NCBI GenBank assembly: GCA_038062075.1
Contig: JBBTXY010000019.1
Coordinates: forward strand, 1-60,687
Direction of reading: 5' to 3'
DNA: 60,687 nt
Origin: Patescibacteria group bacterium
GTDB lineage: Bacteria; Patescibacteriota; Minisyncoccia; Phycocordibacterales; UBA2100
The notes under the pieces were generated by a model. The model was not told where the DNA came from. It searched no databases and was given only the letters and a program-made list of their open reading frames with translations. A program made the position numbers and the translations under genes. Below are positions 1-9,538 of this stretch, piece by piece (within the stretch, counting starts at the first letter, position 1; every line of letters begins with the position of its first letter).

Positions 1-897
1 AAAACCGGTCGCCCACGGTCGCGCCGCGCAGCCGCGTCCGGCGACAGAAAGCGATTGCGACGAGCCGAAGGTGCTCCCGCCGAAGAAGCTCGCGACTTCG
101 CTTAACCCCTGACGTAAGTTCGCGATGATGGTCGCTCCCGCGCTTCCGAGGCGCACATCGCCAGAGAGCCCTGGAGAGAGCCGAACGGCATTTGATGGCC
201 GCGATGTCTGTGAGCCGGTCTGTGTCTCTTGTGTGCCGGTGCCGCCTGCGGACTGCGTACCTTTCTGCAAGATACTGCTCACGCTCGTCTGCGTACCGCC
301 CGAGGTGCCTCCGCCCTGGAGCGCATCCAAAAGATTCCCCGAAACGCCTGAAGAACCTCCCGCCGCATCGGAAACGGCATTCGGATTATAGATAGCGCAG
401 GGGTCGGATGAGGGAACCGTAACCACATAGTACGAGACGCAATAATTATAATTGTCATAGCCTCCATATGTCGAAGTAGGCATCTCCCCCGCCCCCCCGC
501 CGCCTCCGCCGCCGCCTTTCATAAGTTTCTCCATCATTTGTTTAAGCATTTCTGAAAGCTGCCCCATTCCTTCGCCGCCGAGTCCTTGCGAGATCTTCCC
601 CTCGCATTTGCCAGGAAGAGGACATGTACCAATGGTTACTAGCTCATTTGTGGTATCTATACAGATATCGGGAGCCGGGGGGCAGTTGTGCTTGTTTGCT
701 TGAGGCCCTGCGTATGTATCGCACGGCTTTTTACCGTGTACATAACCACAAGCGCACTCGACGATTACCGGAGTGCACATCGTATTAGCATCTGCTCCCA
801 AAGCGTCAACACGTGGTGCAAAAATAAAAAACGATGCCGCGACTGCAACAATAACCCCTAAAGTTATGACTGGAACCAATGCGTAGCGACTGCTCAC
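1..897 (-). CDS. secreted Cys-rich / poly-Gly / Gly-Ser-Thr-rich protein, partial (3' end lies outside the window)
   Basis: The minus-strand frame is open from 927 down to position 1 with no stop, so it is absent from the ORF track. A GTG at 897 precedes a hydrophobic signal/TM segment (ALVPVITLGVIVAVAASFFIFAP). This is followed by 8 Cys in about 60 aa, a Gly8 run encoded by the C5/C7 tracts at 486-498, and a G/S/T-rich tail. No family recognised. Confidence 0.45.
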   Translation of the reverse strand, partial: MSSRYALVPVITLGVIVAVAASFFIFAPRVDALGADANTMCTPVIVECACGYVHGKKPCDTYAGPQANKHNCPPAPDICIDTTNELVTIGTCPLPGKCEGKISQGLGGEGMGQLSEMLKQMMEKLMKGGGGGGGGAGEMPTSTYGGYDNYNYCVSYYVVTVPSSDPCAIYNPNAVSDAAGGSSGVSGNLLDALQGGGTSGGTQTSVSSILQKGTQSAGGTGTQETQTGSQTSRPSNAVRLSPGLSGDVRLGSAGATIIANLRQGLSEVASFFGGSTFGSSQSLSVAGRGCAARPWATGF

Positions 898-937
898 CCA
901 TCTATAGTACGACCTTGCCGCATCTTCCTACAATCAG

Positions 938-1561
938 TTATACACAGAGCGCAAACCGCTCAAGTGCATATTCGAGGTCTTCCCCCCTCCGCCGCGCTTC
1001 ATGGGGAAGCGCGGCAAGTTCGGCGACAAGCGCACGAGAGCGCGCTTCTTTCCCGCTAGTTTTGAGGAACGCATCTTTCGCCGCCCAAAAGAGAACGCCG
1101 TGTATTGCTTCCGGCGCCGTTCCTTTCTCAAGTTCGCGCATATAGCCCACCCAGAGCGCCTTTTTGTCAGCACGGCGCAAGGCATTCGCAAGTGCGAAGA
1201 TGCTACCGTCCCTCTCTTTTTTCGGCGCGTCAAATCTCTCGACATGCTCCGCATGCTTTTCTAATTTCCTGCGGAGATCCGCGAGAGGTTTCTCCTCAAA
1301 CACGTATGTCTTCTCGGAAGAAGCCGCAAGCGCGGGAAGCGCGGCAAGAAGTATCGCGCCCATCTCCTCATTGTTGAACACGTTCTCGAACACGAGCACC
1401 CGGCGCTCAATGAACATGCCGCCACCACGAAGTGCCGCTTGTAGATCGTCGACGGTGTGCACATCGGTGATGCGAAGCGCGTCGCCGCGTGCCTTTGCGA
1501 TCTCGGCGTTCATCTTCGCTCGCGCGCGCTCCCTATCGGTCCCGAGGTAGAGGTAGAGCAT
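938..1561 (-). CDS. DNA polymerase III delta-subunit-like protein (short form)
   Basis: 207-aa ORF ending 2 nt after the polA stop. The N-terminus (LYLYLGTDRERARAKM..., helical C-terminal part) resembles HolA but is shorter than classical delta. The family call is from pattern recognition only. Confidence 0.35.
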   Translation of the reverse strand: MLYLYLGTDRERARAKMNAEIAKARGDALRITDVHTVDDLQAALRGGGMFIERRVLVFENVFNNEEMGAILLAALPALAASSEKTYVFEEKPLADLRRKLEKHAEHVERFDAPKKERDGSIFALANALRRADKKALWVGYMRELEKGTAPEAIHGVLFWAAKDAFLKTSGKEARSRALVAELAALPHEARRRGEDLEYALERFALCV

Positions 1562-1563
1562 GG

Positions 1564-3975
1564 TTATCGTTCGAGCTTTTCAAGCTCTCCCCAATTCTTC
1601 CCCAATGCCGCCTCGGCGCGGATAGGAACTCCGGAGAGCGCGTCCTTCGGAACAACTGATTCCATCACGTCCCGAATATCACGCGCCGCTTCATCGGCAA
1701 TGTCTTCCGCGAGCTCATAGACCAGTTCATCATGTACCTGCAACACGAGTTTCGCCTTCTCGCGCCAGCCTTTTTGCTCGATCAACTCATCCGCCCGCAC
1801 CATCGCGAGCTTGATGATGTCCGCCTGCGTGCCCTGTATCGGCGCATTGATCGCCATCCGCTCCGCCTGCGCGCGCATCTGCGGGAGTGCGGAATCGAAT
1901 CCGGCAAAGTACCGGCGGCGGCCAAAGTTGGTCTCGGTGTAGCCCTTCTGCGCGGCGCTTCTCTTCGTGAGTTCGATCCACTTCGCAAGCCCTGCGAAAT
2001 TCGCGAAATAGTCGCTCAAGAATTTCGCTGCTTCCTCGCGCGAAACGCTCTCGCCGAGAGAGAGTCGGAGCGCATTCACTCCCATCCCGTAGATGATACC
2101 GAAATTGATGATCTTCGCCCTCCGGCGCATTTCCTTGTCCACTAATTCCGGCGGAACGCCAAAGACCTGCGATGCGACCGCCGCGTGCACGTCGCCGTCG
2201 CGCTTGAAAATCTCGAGGAGCTTCTCGTCACCGGAGAGCCCTGCCGCAACGCGAAGCTCGATCTGCGAGTAGTCGAGTGCCGCAAGGAGCGCCCCCTTCG
2301 GCGCCTCGAACGCATGCCGGATGCGCCGACCGTACTCGGTCCTGATGGGAATGTTCTGCAGGTTCGGATTCTGGCTCGACATCCGCCCCGTCGTCGTCCC
2401 CGCCTGCAGGAATTCCGCATGGAGCCTCCCTTCTGCACCCACGAGCTCTACCATTTTCTCCACGTAGGTCGAGAGGAGTTTCTGGAGCTCGCGATACGCG
2501 AGAATGTCGTCGATGATGGGGTGCGCGTCCCGCATCTTCGCCAATTCCTCCTCACGCGTCGTGCGCGCGCCCGTCGGGGTCTTTTTCGTCCGCGCGCCGT
2601 TCGAGAGCTTCAGTTCGTCATACAGGACTCCCGCGAGCTGGCGGGGGGAGTTGATGTTGAACTCGTGCCCGACGTGATCAAAGATGCGCTGCGCGATCTC
2701 GCCCAATTCTTCGCGATACTCGCCCGCCATCTCGTTGAGTGCGTCTTTGTTGATGCGCACACCGTCACGGTTCATCCGCGCGACGATAGGGATGAGTGGT
2801 TTCTCGATCCTGTCGAACACCTCGCGTAATCGCCCCGTCTCGTGCAAGGTAGCAAACACTTTCTCGCGTGCCTTCTCAAAATCCTGTGTTTGTGCGAATG
2901 AGAGGATATCGTCCAAGGTCGGATTGGTGATGTCGGATTTGATGAGCCAGAGCGCGACCGCACACTCCGCAAACGCACGCGGGTCCACCTCTCTGTTCGT
3001 CTCGAACGAGAGCTGTTCGTGCACCGTTTCAGGCACAGGCTCTTCTTCCTCGACACGAGCGCGCACGCGCTCCTTAAGCGAGCGGAATTCATACGCGTCG
3101 CACAAGGCTTCGATAGCGGCACGGTGATCGCTCAACCGCCAGGATTTTGCGGGAAGCGTGAACGTGATGGGAGCCTCGGCGTGAATGGTCGCAAGCCCTT
3201 TCGAAAAGCGCGCATCTTCCTCCCCTTCCTTCAGAAGCTCGACGATGCGCTTCTTGATGCCTGCCTTTTCGAATTCTTCCGGCTCTTCGGCGAGCGCCGT
3301 ATAGATGTCATCGAGCGAGCCGAACTCGGTCACGAGCGTTTCCGCGCTCTTCTCCCCGATCCCCCTGATGCCCTTGATGTTATCGGAAGGGTCGCCGCGA
3401 AGACCTTTGTAGTCGGGGATGTATTCGGGACCGAAGCCGTAGCGTTCGCGCACGCGGTCCTCGTCATAGAGAATGGTGTCGGTAATGCCTTGCCGCAGCG
3501 TGTAGACCCGCACCGTATTTCCGGAAACCAGCTGCAGCGTATCGAGGTCCCCCGTCGCAATAATGACCTCTATATCCTTGTCCTTGAGCTGCCGCACAAT
3601 CGTCCCGATCATGTCGTCCGCTTCGAAGCCGGGAGATGCATAGACGGGAATGCCAAACGCGTCGAACACCTCCGGTGCTCTCTTCAACTGTTCCACGAGC
3701 GCATGATCTGCCTCGATCCGCGTCGCCTTATATTCTTCAAAAAGTTCATGGCGGTAGGTACCGCCAGGAAGATCGCGTGTCGCGACGATGTAGTCAGGCT
3801 TCAGTTCGTTCACGACCTTGAGGAGCATCGAGATGAGGCCGTAGAGGGCGCCCGTTGGCTCGCCCTTCGATGTTGCAAAATCAGGGATCGCATGAAATGC
3901 GCGATGGAGGATGGCGTGCGAATCAAGCAGCACGAGACGTTTTTTCTTTTTGTCTTGAAGAGGCTTCTTCGCCAT
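1564..3975 (-). CDS. polA: DNA polymerase I
   Basis: 5'-nuclease N-terminus (LLDSHAILHRAFHA, GIRGIGEKSA) and family A polymerase motifs (DYSQIELRVAA, QVHDELVYE). The start is taken at MAKKPLQ (codon 13 of the ORF). Confidence 0.95.
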   Translation of the reverse strand: MAKKPLQDKKKKRLVLLDSHAILHRAFHAIPDFATSKGEPTGALYGLISMLLKVVNELKPDYIVATRDLPGGTYRHELFEEYKATRIEADHALVEQLKRAPEVFDAFGIPVYASPGFEADDMIGTIVRQLKDKDIEVIIATGDLDTLQLVSGNTVRVYTLRQGITDTILYDEDRVRERYGFGPEYIPDYKGLRGDPSDNIKGIRGIGEKSAETLVTEFGSLDDIYTALAEEPEEFEKAGIKKRIVELLKEGEEDARFSKGLATIHAEAPITFTLPAKSWRLSDHRAAIEALCDAYEFRSLKERVRARVEEEEPVPETVHEQLSFETNREVDPRAFAECAVALWLIKSDITNPTLDDILSFAQTQDFEKAREKVFATLHETGRLREVFDRIEKPLIPIVARMNRDGVRINKDALNEMAGEYREELGEIAQRIFDHVGHEFNINSPRQLAGVLYDELKLSNGARTKKTPTGARTTREEELAKMRDAHPIIDDILAYRELQKLLSTYVEKMVELVGAEGRLHAEFLQAGTTTGRMSSQNPNLQNIPIRTEYGRRIRHAFEAPKGALLAALDYSQIELRVAAGLSGDEKLLEIFKRDGDVHAAVASQVFGVPPELVDKEMRRRAKIINFGIIYGMGVNALRLSLGESVSREEAAKFLSDYFANFAGLAKWIELTKRSAAQKGYTETNFGRRRYFAGFDSALPQMRAQAERMAINAPIQGTQADIIKLAMVRADELIEQKGWREKAKLVLQVHDELVYELAEDIADEAARDIRDVMESVVPKDALSGVPIRAEAALGKNWGELEKLER

Positions 3976-4094
3976 ACCCCGTAGTGAAATTTCGGCTTGT
4001 GCAGTGCACAAACGTCAACACGTTTACGATATCTGTTCTGCGCCGATGAAGCAACACTACCAATTCGTTACTCGAAGAGTGAGCCGAAATTCTA

Positions 4095-4523
4095 CTACGG
4101 GGCATAGGTGATCTCGCGGATATCCTCACCACTATAGCGGAGTCCGACACAAACCGCACCTTTCGGCATCGCCTCGGCGACTTGTTCCGGCCACTCGACG
4201 AAGATCAGGTTGTGCGGATCACGCACCAACTCTTCCCATCCCAAGACCTTCAAATGGTGCATGCCTTTCAAGCGATACGCATCGATGTGCACGAGTTTCT
4301 GGAATTTCTGCCGCTCGAGCTCGTAGATCTTCATAATGACGAACGTGGGGCTCGTGACATGTTCGCGCACTCCAAGGGCTTTTGTGACCGCCTTCACGAA
4401 CGCCGTCTTCCCCGCGCCAAGCTCGCCCGAGAGCGCAACGACCACTGCCTCTGCGCGCGGGTGAAGCGCCGCGACGAACCGCTTCGCTTCTGCCTCCAGC
4501 TCGCGCATGCCTCGTACCTGCAT
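4095..4523 (-). CDS. tsaE: tRNA t6A37 biosynthesis ATPase TsaE
   Basis: LSGELGAGKTAFVKA P-loop, SPTFVIM and HIDAYRL motifs typical of TsaE/YjeE. Confidence 0.85.
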   Translation of the reverse strand: MQVRGMRELEAEAKRFVAALHPRAEAVVVALSGELGAGKTAFVKAVTKALGVREHVTSPTFVIMKIYELERQKFQKLVHIDAYRLKGMHHLKVLGWEELVRDPHNLIFVEWPEQVAEAMPKGAVCVGLRYSGEDIREITYAP

Positions 4524-4557
4524 ATAGCTATTCTACGGTGCGTTATGATATACGCAC

Positions 4558-6252
4558 ATGCCCGCACAGTTCAACGAACGCAAGCAGGAGGAGCGCCTCG
4601 AGGAATTGCATAAGCGAGAAGAAGAGCAGCTCGCCCAAATGCTCGCCTCCAAATACGGCGTGGAGTACGTCGATCTCACCAAAAAGTCGATCGACACCGA
4701 CGCCCTGCGCCTCATTCCCGAAAAAGGGGCCCGAGATGCGGAGGTCGCCGCATTCCACAAATTGAACAAGAAGCTCTGGGTCGCGATGCGCGCGCCGGAG
4801 CGCCCCGATTCCGCACAAACGGTCGAGAACCTCGTGCGCCTTGGCTTTGAAGTTCGCCGCTTCATCGTCTCGCGCGCCTCTTTGGATCACGCCTGGGACC
4901 GTTACCACGACCTCTCCTTCGCCACCGAGACGGAGGCGGGCATTCTCACCCTCTCCAACGAGACCATCCAGCGCATGCTCGCAGAATTAAAGACCTTAGA
5001 CGATGTCCGCAACCACATTAAGGAGCACATGGGGAGTAAAGATACGCACCGCATCTCCCGCGCTTTGGAAGTCACTATGGCCGGCGCGCTCTCACTTGGC
5101 GCATCCGACGTGCACTTGGAGCCGGAGGAGAATGGTGTGCGCATGCGCTACCGCCTCGACGGCGTCCTCATCGAAGTTCTCATGTTCGACGCGCCGACCT
5201 ACGCGCTTCTCTCGTCGCGCCTGAAGCTTCTCTCTGGATTGAAACTTAACATCAAGAATGCGGCGCAGGATGGACGCTTCTCCATCGTCGTCAATGAAAA
5301 AGAGATCGAGATACGTACCTCGGTCCTCCCCGGCGCGTATGCGGAAACTATCGTCATGCGTATCTTGGACCCGACGACGATCGCGCTCCCCATGGAAAAA
5401 CTAGGCTTCGACCAGTACCTCATGGAGATATTCGAGCGCGAGATCGCAAAACCCAACGGCCTCCTCTTGAACACCGGCCCCACGGGAAGCGGTAAGACGA
5501 CGACCTTGTACGCATTCCTCCGCAAAGTCTCGAATCCTGGCATCAAGGTCGTCACGATCGAAGACCCGATCGAATACCACCTCCCCGGCGTCGTGCAGAC
5601 ACAGGTCTCAAAAGATTACACTTTCGCCTCAGGGCTGCGTTCCACCTTGCGCCAAGACCCGGATGTCATCATGGTCGGCGAGATCCGCGACAGCGAAGTC
5701 GCTTCAACGGCGGTGAATGCCGCACTCACCGGGCACCTCGTCTTCTCGACCTTGCACACGAACGACGCCGCGGGCACCTTCCCCCGCCTCATTGACATGG
5801 GGGTGAATCCCGACATCTTAGGCGCTGCCATTACCGTCTCCATGGCGCAGCGCCTCGTGCGTAAATTATGCGAGTTCTGTCGCGTCGCAACGCCGATTAC
5901 GGGAAACGATGCGAAAACGATGGAGCCGTTGCTCGCGCACCTCCCGCCCCCGGAAGGCTTACCGGCGAACCGCGACACGATGTGGACGGCGAAGGGATGC
6001 GAGAAATGCGGCGGCATCGGCTACAAAGGACGCATCAGTGTCGTTGAAGTTATTCTCATGGATAAAGCTATCGAGGAGACCGTCCGCCGGACGTCGAGCG
6101 ATCGCGAGATATGGAAGGCCTCACGGCCTCAGCAGATACGCCGCATGGCGCAGGATGGCGCGGTGAAAGTGCTGAATGGCATCACATCGCTCGATGAATT
6201 GGGCCGCGTCGTCGATCTGCACGACGAAGTGATGCTCGAAACTCTCTCATGA
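4558..6252 (+). CDS. GspE/PilB-family type II/IV secretion (type IV pilus assembly) ATPase
   Basis: Walker A GPTGSGKTTT, Asp/His boxes and a tetracysteine motif (CEFC...CEKCGGIGYKGR), with a T2SSE_N-like N-terminal domain. Confidence 0.9.
   Translation: MPAQFNERKQEERLEELHKREEEQLAQMLASKYGVEYVDLTKKSIDTDALRLIPEKGARDAEVAAFHKLNKKLWVAMRAPERPDSAQTVENLVRLGFEVRRFIVSRASLDHAWDRYHDLSFATETEAGILTLSNETIQRMLAELKTLDDVRNHIKEHMGSKDTHRISRALEVTMAGALSLGASDVHLEPEENGVRMRYRLDGVLIEVLMFDAPTYALLSSRLKLLSGLKLNIKNAAQDGRFSIVVNEKEIEIRTSVLPGAYAETIVMRILDPTTIALPMEKLGFDQYLMEIFEREIAKPNGLLLNTGPTGSGKTTTLYAFLRKVSNPGIKVVTIEDPIEYHLPGVVQTQVSKDYTFASGLRSTLRQDPDVIMVGEIRDSEVASTAVNAALTGHLVFSTLHTNDAAGTFPRLIDMGVNPDILGAAITVSMAQRLVRKLCEFCRVATPITGNDAKTMEPLLAHLPPPEGLPANRDTMWTAKGCEKCGGIGYKGRISVVEVILMDKAIEETVRRTSSDREIWKASRPQQIRRMAQDGAVKVLNGITSLDELGRVVDLHDEVMLETLS
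6187..6250. repeat. left copy of a perfect 64-bp direct repeat (the last 21 codons of the pilB-like gene)
   Basis: Identical to 9539..9602. Identity extends to 69 bp with one mismatch (6182..6250 versus 9534..9602). Confidence 0.9.
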
Positions 6253-6298
6253 CGTACGCAACACCGACGCCCATTGTACTAACTCGTTGTATCTTCCA

Positions 6299-7087
6299 TT
6301 AACTTTCATAAGTTGGTGTAGCGGACATGTTGGACAGAGCCCCCACGCTCGCAGTGAAAAGAATTTTCATAAGTTCACTCCGCTTCTGATCAAGATATTC
6401 TTTTGCGGGACCATAGAGCAGTTCTTTAATGTCCTCCGTTTGCGGTTTATCTTTAAGTTCGACTTCAGCTCTCAATGCCTTAGTTGGGTGCACATACACA
6501 ATACGGTCACATAGCAAAAGCAGCGTGTCTACGTCATGCGAAACTAACAGGAGAGTCCTTTCTGAAGTAACGCGGAGGTAACTATAGAGAACTTGCAGGA
6601 TGCGATATTTTGCATCAATATCAACTCCTGTCAGCGGTTCATCTACAATCATGCATTCCGGCTGGCTCGCAAGAGCAGCGGCGAGTACAACACGCTGGTA
6701 CTCTCCTCCCGAAAGGGAGTCCGGATATGCTTCGGTCGTATGATGGACACCGAACGTATGAGCTGTATGGAGCCAGTCCGATTTCGTATCAACAACCCTG
6801 GAAAGAATGTCGAAGTTTTTCCCAACCGTGTACCAAGGCAGTAGCCCGTGCCGTTGCGGTGCATAGCTGACGTGCATGCGAGACAACGTACTTTCAAATT
6901 TCTCAGCTTTTGATCCTTGTGGCAATTTCCCGTGTACAAGACTGTGTAGAAGCGTCGTCTTGCCGCAACCTGATGGGCCCGTTAAACCTACTCGTTCGCC
7001 GGAATGCATACGTAGCCCAAAGTTTTCTAGAAGAGGCTTTCCCCCAATCGCGAGTGCCAGATTTTTAATGTCTAAAACGTCCGACAT
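6299..7087 (-). CDS. ABC transporter ATP-binding protein (NitT/TauT nitrate/sulfonate/bicarbonate-type)
   Basis: Walker A GPSGCGKTTL, signature LSGGEYQRV, Walker B MIVDEPLTGVD. The start is taken at MSDVLDIKNL, 5 nt after the permease stop. Confidence 0.85.
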   Translation of the reverse strand: MSDVLDIKNLALAIGGKPLLENFGLRMHSGERVGLTGPSGCGKTTLLHSLVHGKLPQGSKAEKFESTLSRMHVSYAPQRHGLLPWYTVGKNFDILSRVVDTKSDWLHTAHTFGVHHTTEAYPDSLSGGEYQRVVLAAALASQPECMIVDEPLTGVDIDAKYRILQVLYSYLRVTSERTLLLVSHDVDTLLLLCDRIVYVHPTKALRAEVELKDKPQTEDIKELLYGPAKEYLDQKRSELMKILFTASVGALSNMSATPTYES

Positions 7088-7092
7088 AATTC

Positions 7093-7737
7093 TTAGGTTT
7101 TGAAAGGGGTGATGCCCGTTGCCCGAACAAAAAGCGCAATACCGGATGTTTTCCATGCAACTGACGATACGAGACCGAGAAAGCCAAACATAAGGAGGGC
7201 GGCAATACCCGTTTGCCAATCATTAATCGAGAACGAATAAAACAACCGGTGCCCCAACCCGCCTGCCCAAAAGCCTTGAGAATAGGTGGCGATTAACTCT
7301 GCCGCCACGACTGCAAGCCAGCCTAAACCAATTGCTATTTCGATACCCTGCAGGAAACCCCCGACAACTCGAGGCAATGTGTAAATGCGAAAGATATCTC
7401 CCTGACTCATTTTGCGTGCATGCAGTACCAGTTCTAACTCATAAAAACGAATTTTTGCTGCTTGCCGCACAGAGATCCACATCGGGAATGCGACGCCCCA
7501 TGCAATAAGGCCGATCTTCCCGAATTCGCTGATCCCAAACAAAAGCTGTATGACCGGAACGAGCCCGATGATTGGTACAGCGCGGGCAAAATTAAGAAGC
7601 CAAGAAGTTCCGGCGTCCGCAGTACGATTAAGGGAAAGAACTCCTAGTCCAAACCCGATTAGGCATCCGGCGGATACACCGAGAGCCCAGCGCAACGTAC
7701 TAATGAGAATGTCATAGAGCTGTATTTCAATGTGCAT
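7093..7737 (-). CDS. ABC transporter permease (NitT/TauT-type)
   Basis: 214-aa polytopic membrane protein lying between the SBP and ATPase genes. It has a binding-protein-dependent transport inner-membrane-component pattern. Confidence 0.8.
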   Translation of the reverse strand: MHIEIQLYDILISTLRWALGVSAGCLIGFGLGVLSLNRTADAGTSWLLNFARAVPIIGLVPVIQLLFGISEFGKIGLIAWGVAFPMWISVRQAAKIRFYELELVLHARKMSQGDIFRIYTLPRVVGGFLQGIEIAIGLGWLAVVAAELIATYSQGFWAGGLGHRLFYSFSINDWQTGIAALLMFGFLGLVSSVAWKTSGIALFVRATGITPFKT

Positions 7738-7848
7738 GTCCTAACTAGTCCTTCAGTGCCTCTGCCACCTCCGGTAGTTTCGAGAGCATGTTGGAGAAAT
7801 CAGGAATGTCTTTAACTATCCCTGCAGTGCGTGCGAGCTCTGCTTCTT

Positions 7849-8547
7849 TCATCTTTGCTCCCACGCATCTTTGCTCGTTATGATGTAAGTCCGGAGGGTA
7901 TATGCGTTAGGCAAGGCTTCTGCAATAACACCGGCCTCTTTCATCTGTGACGCAAACGGCTCCCAGATAACCGCTACTCCCACATCTTCTTTTGCGAATG
8001 TAGTAGGGATCCCAGAAGGGGTGAGCGCAACGAGATTCAACTTCTTGGATAGGTAGAGATCTTCGAGACCTTTCGCTTTCAAGTAGGAAAATAGGTAGAA
8101 CTCAGAAATTGTGCCCGGAACGTAACCGATTGGCTGTTCCCACCACCGATCATATACTCTTTCGCGGGCAACGAGCGAAAGTAGTTCTGACGACTGCATA
8201 TAGCTCCCGAGGACTATCACTTCCTCATTTTTCGAGGCTGAGTTTACTAATGGAGCAGAAGCAACGATTCCAACATCGGCATTCCCTTGGACCACAGCAT
8301 TTTTCGACTCAAGCCCAGTTGCTACGCTAAAACTTACTACCTGCAGATTATGCTTTGCGTATAAGTCACGCTCCCTCGCAAGACGCGACTGCGTATCCGA
8401 CCACCAAACACCCGAACCTTCCGCGAAACGAAGTGTGTATATTTCCGCCTTTTTTGTAAAGACGGAGCCTGTATATATTAGAGCGAATCCTGTACCGAGT
8501 ATGAGGACAATGGCACTAACATACCAAAACGCCTTATAGGTTTTCAT
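7849..8547 (-). CDS. ABC substrate-binding protein (NMT1/SsuA-like), possibly frameshifted at its 3' end
   Basis: N-terminal TM/signal segment followed by a periplasmic-binding-protein-like sequence. A 35-codon ORF (7745..7852) overlapping the stop in another frame reads like a continuation of the C-terminus. Confidence 0.6.
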   Translation of the reverse strand: MKTYKAFWYVSAIVLILGTGFALIYTGSVFTKKAEIYTLRFAEGSGVWWSDTQSRLARERDLYAKHNLQVVSFSVATGLESKNAVVQGNADVGIVASAPLVNSASKNEEVIVLGSYMQSSELLSLVARERVYDRWWEQPIGYVPGTISEFYLFSYLKAKGLEDLYLSKKLNLVALTPSGIPTTFAKEDVGVAVIWEPFASQMKEAGVIAEALPNAYTLRTYIITSKDAWEQR

Positions 8548-8617
8548 AAATATAGAGATTGTTCCCCTGGATAAAGTAATTTGACACTAAGGGACATATG
8601 AAGTAATGTAAATATGT

Positions 8618-8632
8618 TGTCGAATCTCGACA
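8618..8632. promoter_or_regulatory. 6-3-6 palindrome TGTCGAatcTCGACA in the divergent ABC-operon/TrmB promoter region (operator candidate)
   Basis: Perfect inverted repeat 16 nt upstream of the TrmB-like gene start, located between divergent genes. Confidence 0.3.
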
Positions 8633-8647
8633 CCATCTGTTTATTTT

Positions 8648-9433
8648 ATGAAGCACACCATTTCATTACTTGAGCAGTTGGGATGCAGCATCCACGAAGC
8701 CCGCACTTTCCTTGCTCTTTGCGAGGCACGTGAGGGAGCAAGCGTCGTCCAGCTTGCACGGAAAATGAATATTCCTCGCCCCAGCGTATATGGCTATCTT
8801 TCAGGCTTGATTGCAAAGGGATTGGTTAAAAAAAGTCGTGGCAACGAAGGCGCTCGTTTCCACGCCGAGTCACCAGAATATGTAGGAAGTTTATTCGCCG
8901 AGAAAGCGCATGAGATGAACACGGCACGTCCGCATATTATCCATGAACTGAGCAACCTTACGGACATGCATGTCCATGAACCGAAGTTTTTCTTTTACGA
9001 TGGTGCTGATGCGGCTGATCGGGTATTCCGCGATGTGGTGCGATCTGGTGAGAAGAATATTTTTTGGTTCGTACCGATACGAGACACACTTAAAGTAATC
9101 TCATTTGAGGTGATGCAACGCTTCCATCGCGAACGCATAGCGCGCAACATGAAAATTCAAGTGCTGTGGCCATTGAATCAAAAGGTACGAATACGCGACT
9201 ATCCCCAGCTTCTTGATGAAGATCCTCGCAAATCTTTGCGCGAAGTGCGCATTTTACCGGCCCACATGGACATGTGGCTTGGTTACGGTATATACGGCAC
9301 ACGTGTCGCATTTAACGCTTCACAACGTGAGAACTACGGATTTATTGTGGATAGTGTGGATTTAAGCAGGACTCTGAAAAAACAGTTCGACTATTGGTGG
9401 AGAATTTCCAAGCCATTGGAATCTAAAAAGTAA
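8648..9433 (+). CDS. TrmB-family transcriptional regulator
   Basis: N-terminal winged-HTH (ARTFLALCEAREGASVVQLARKMNIPRPSVYGYLSGLIAKGLV). It is divergent from the ABC operon. Confidence 0.7.
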   Translation: MKHTISLLEQLGCSIHEARTFLALCEAREGASVVQLARKMNIPRPSVYGYLSGLIAKGLVKKSRGNEGARFHAESPEYVGSLFAEKAHEMNTARPHIIHELSNLTDMHVHEPKFFFYDGADAADRVFRDVVRSGEKNIFWFVPIRDTLKVISFEVMQRFHRERIARNMKIQVLWPLNQKVRIRDYPQLLDEDPRKSLREVRILPAHMDMWLGYGIYGTRVAFNASQRENYGFIVDSVDLSRTLKKQFDYWWRISKPLESKK

Positions 9434-9538
9434 AAATTTCCAAACAGCATTATCAATGTCTTTTGAAACGCCTCATACGCCGGGTATGTGAGTGGTTCTC
9501 GGAAACTGATAAAGCGAAAGTCCTCCGGGGGCGTCACG

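Noticed and set aside
3019-3984. Long antisense ORFs overlapping strong genes, for example 3019..3984(+), 22036..22968(+), 22121..23095(+), 31956..32756(+), 41550..42470(+), 43819..44847(+), 47323..48039(+), 48835..49659(+) and 18391..18891(-).
   Set aside because: They lie opposite or out of frame to genes with clear family motifs (polA, the VirB4 operon, comM, pnp, rpsO/FKBP, dnaA). They have Arg/Ser/Ala-rich, low-information translations typical of shadow ORFs in GC-rich DNA.
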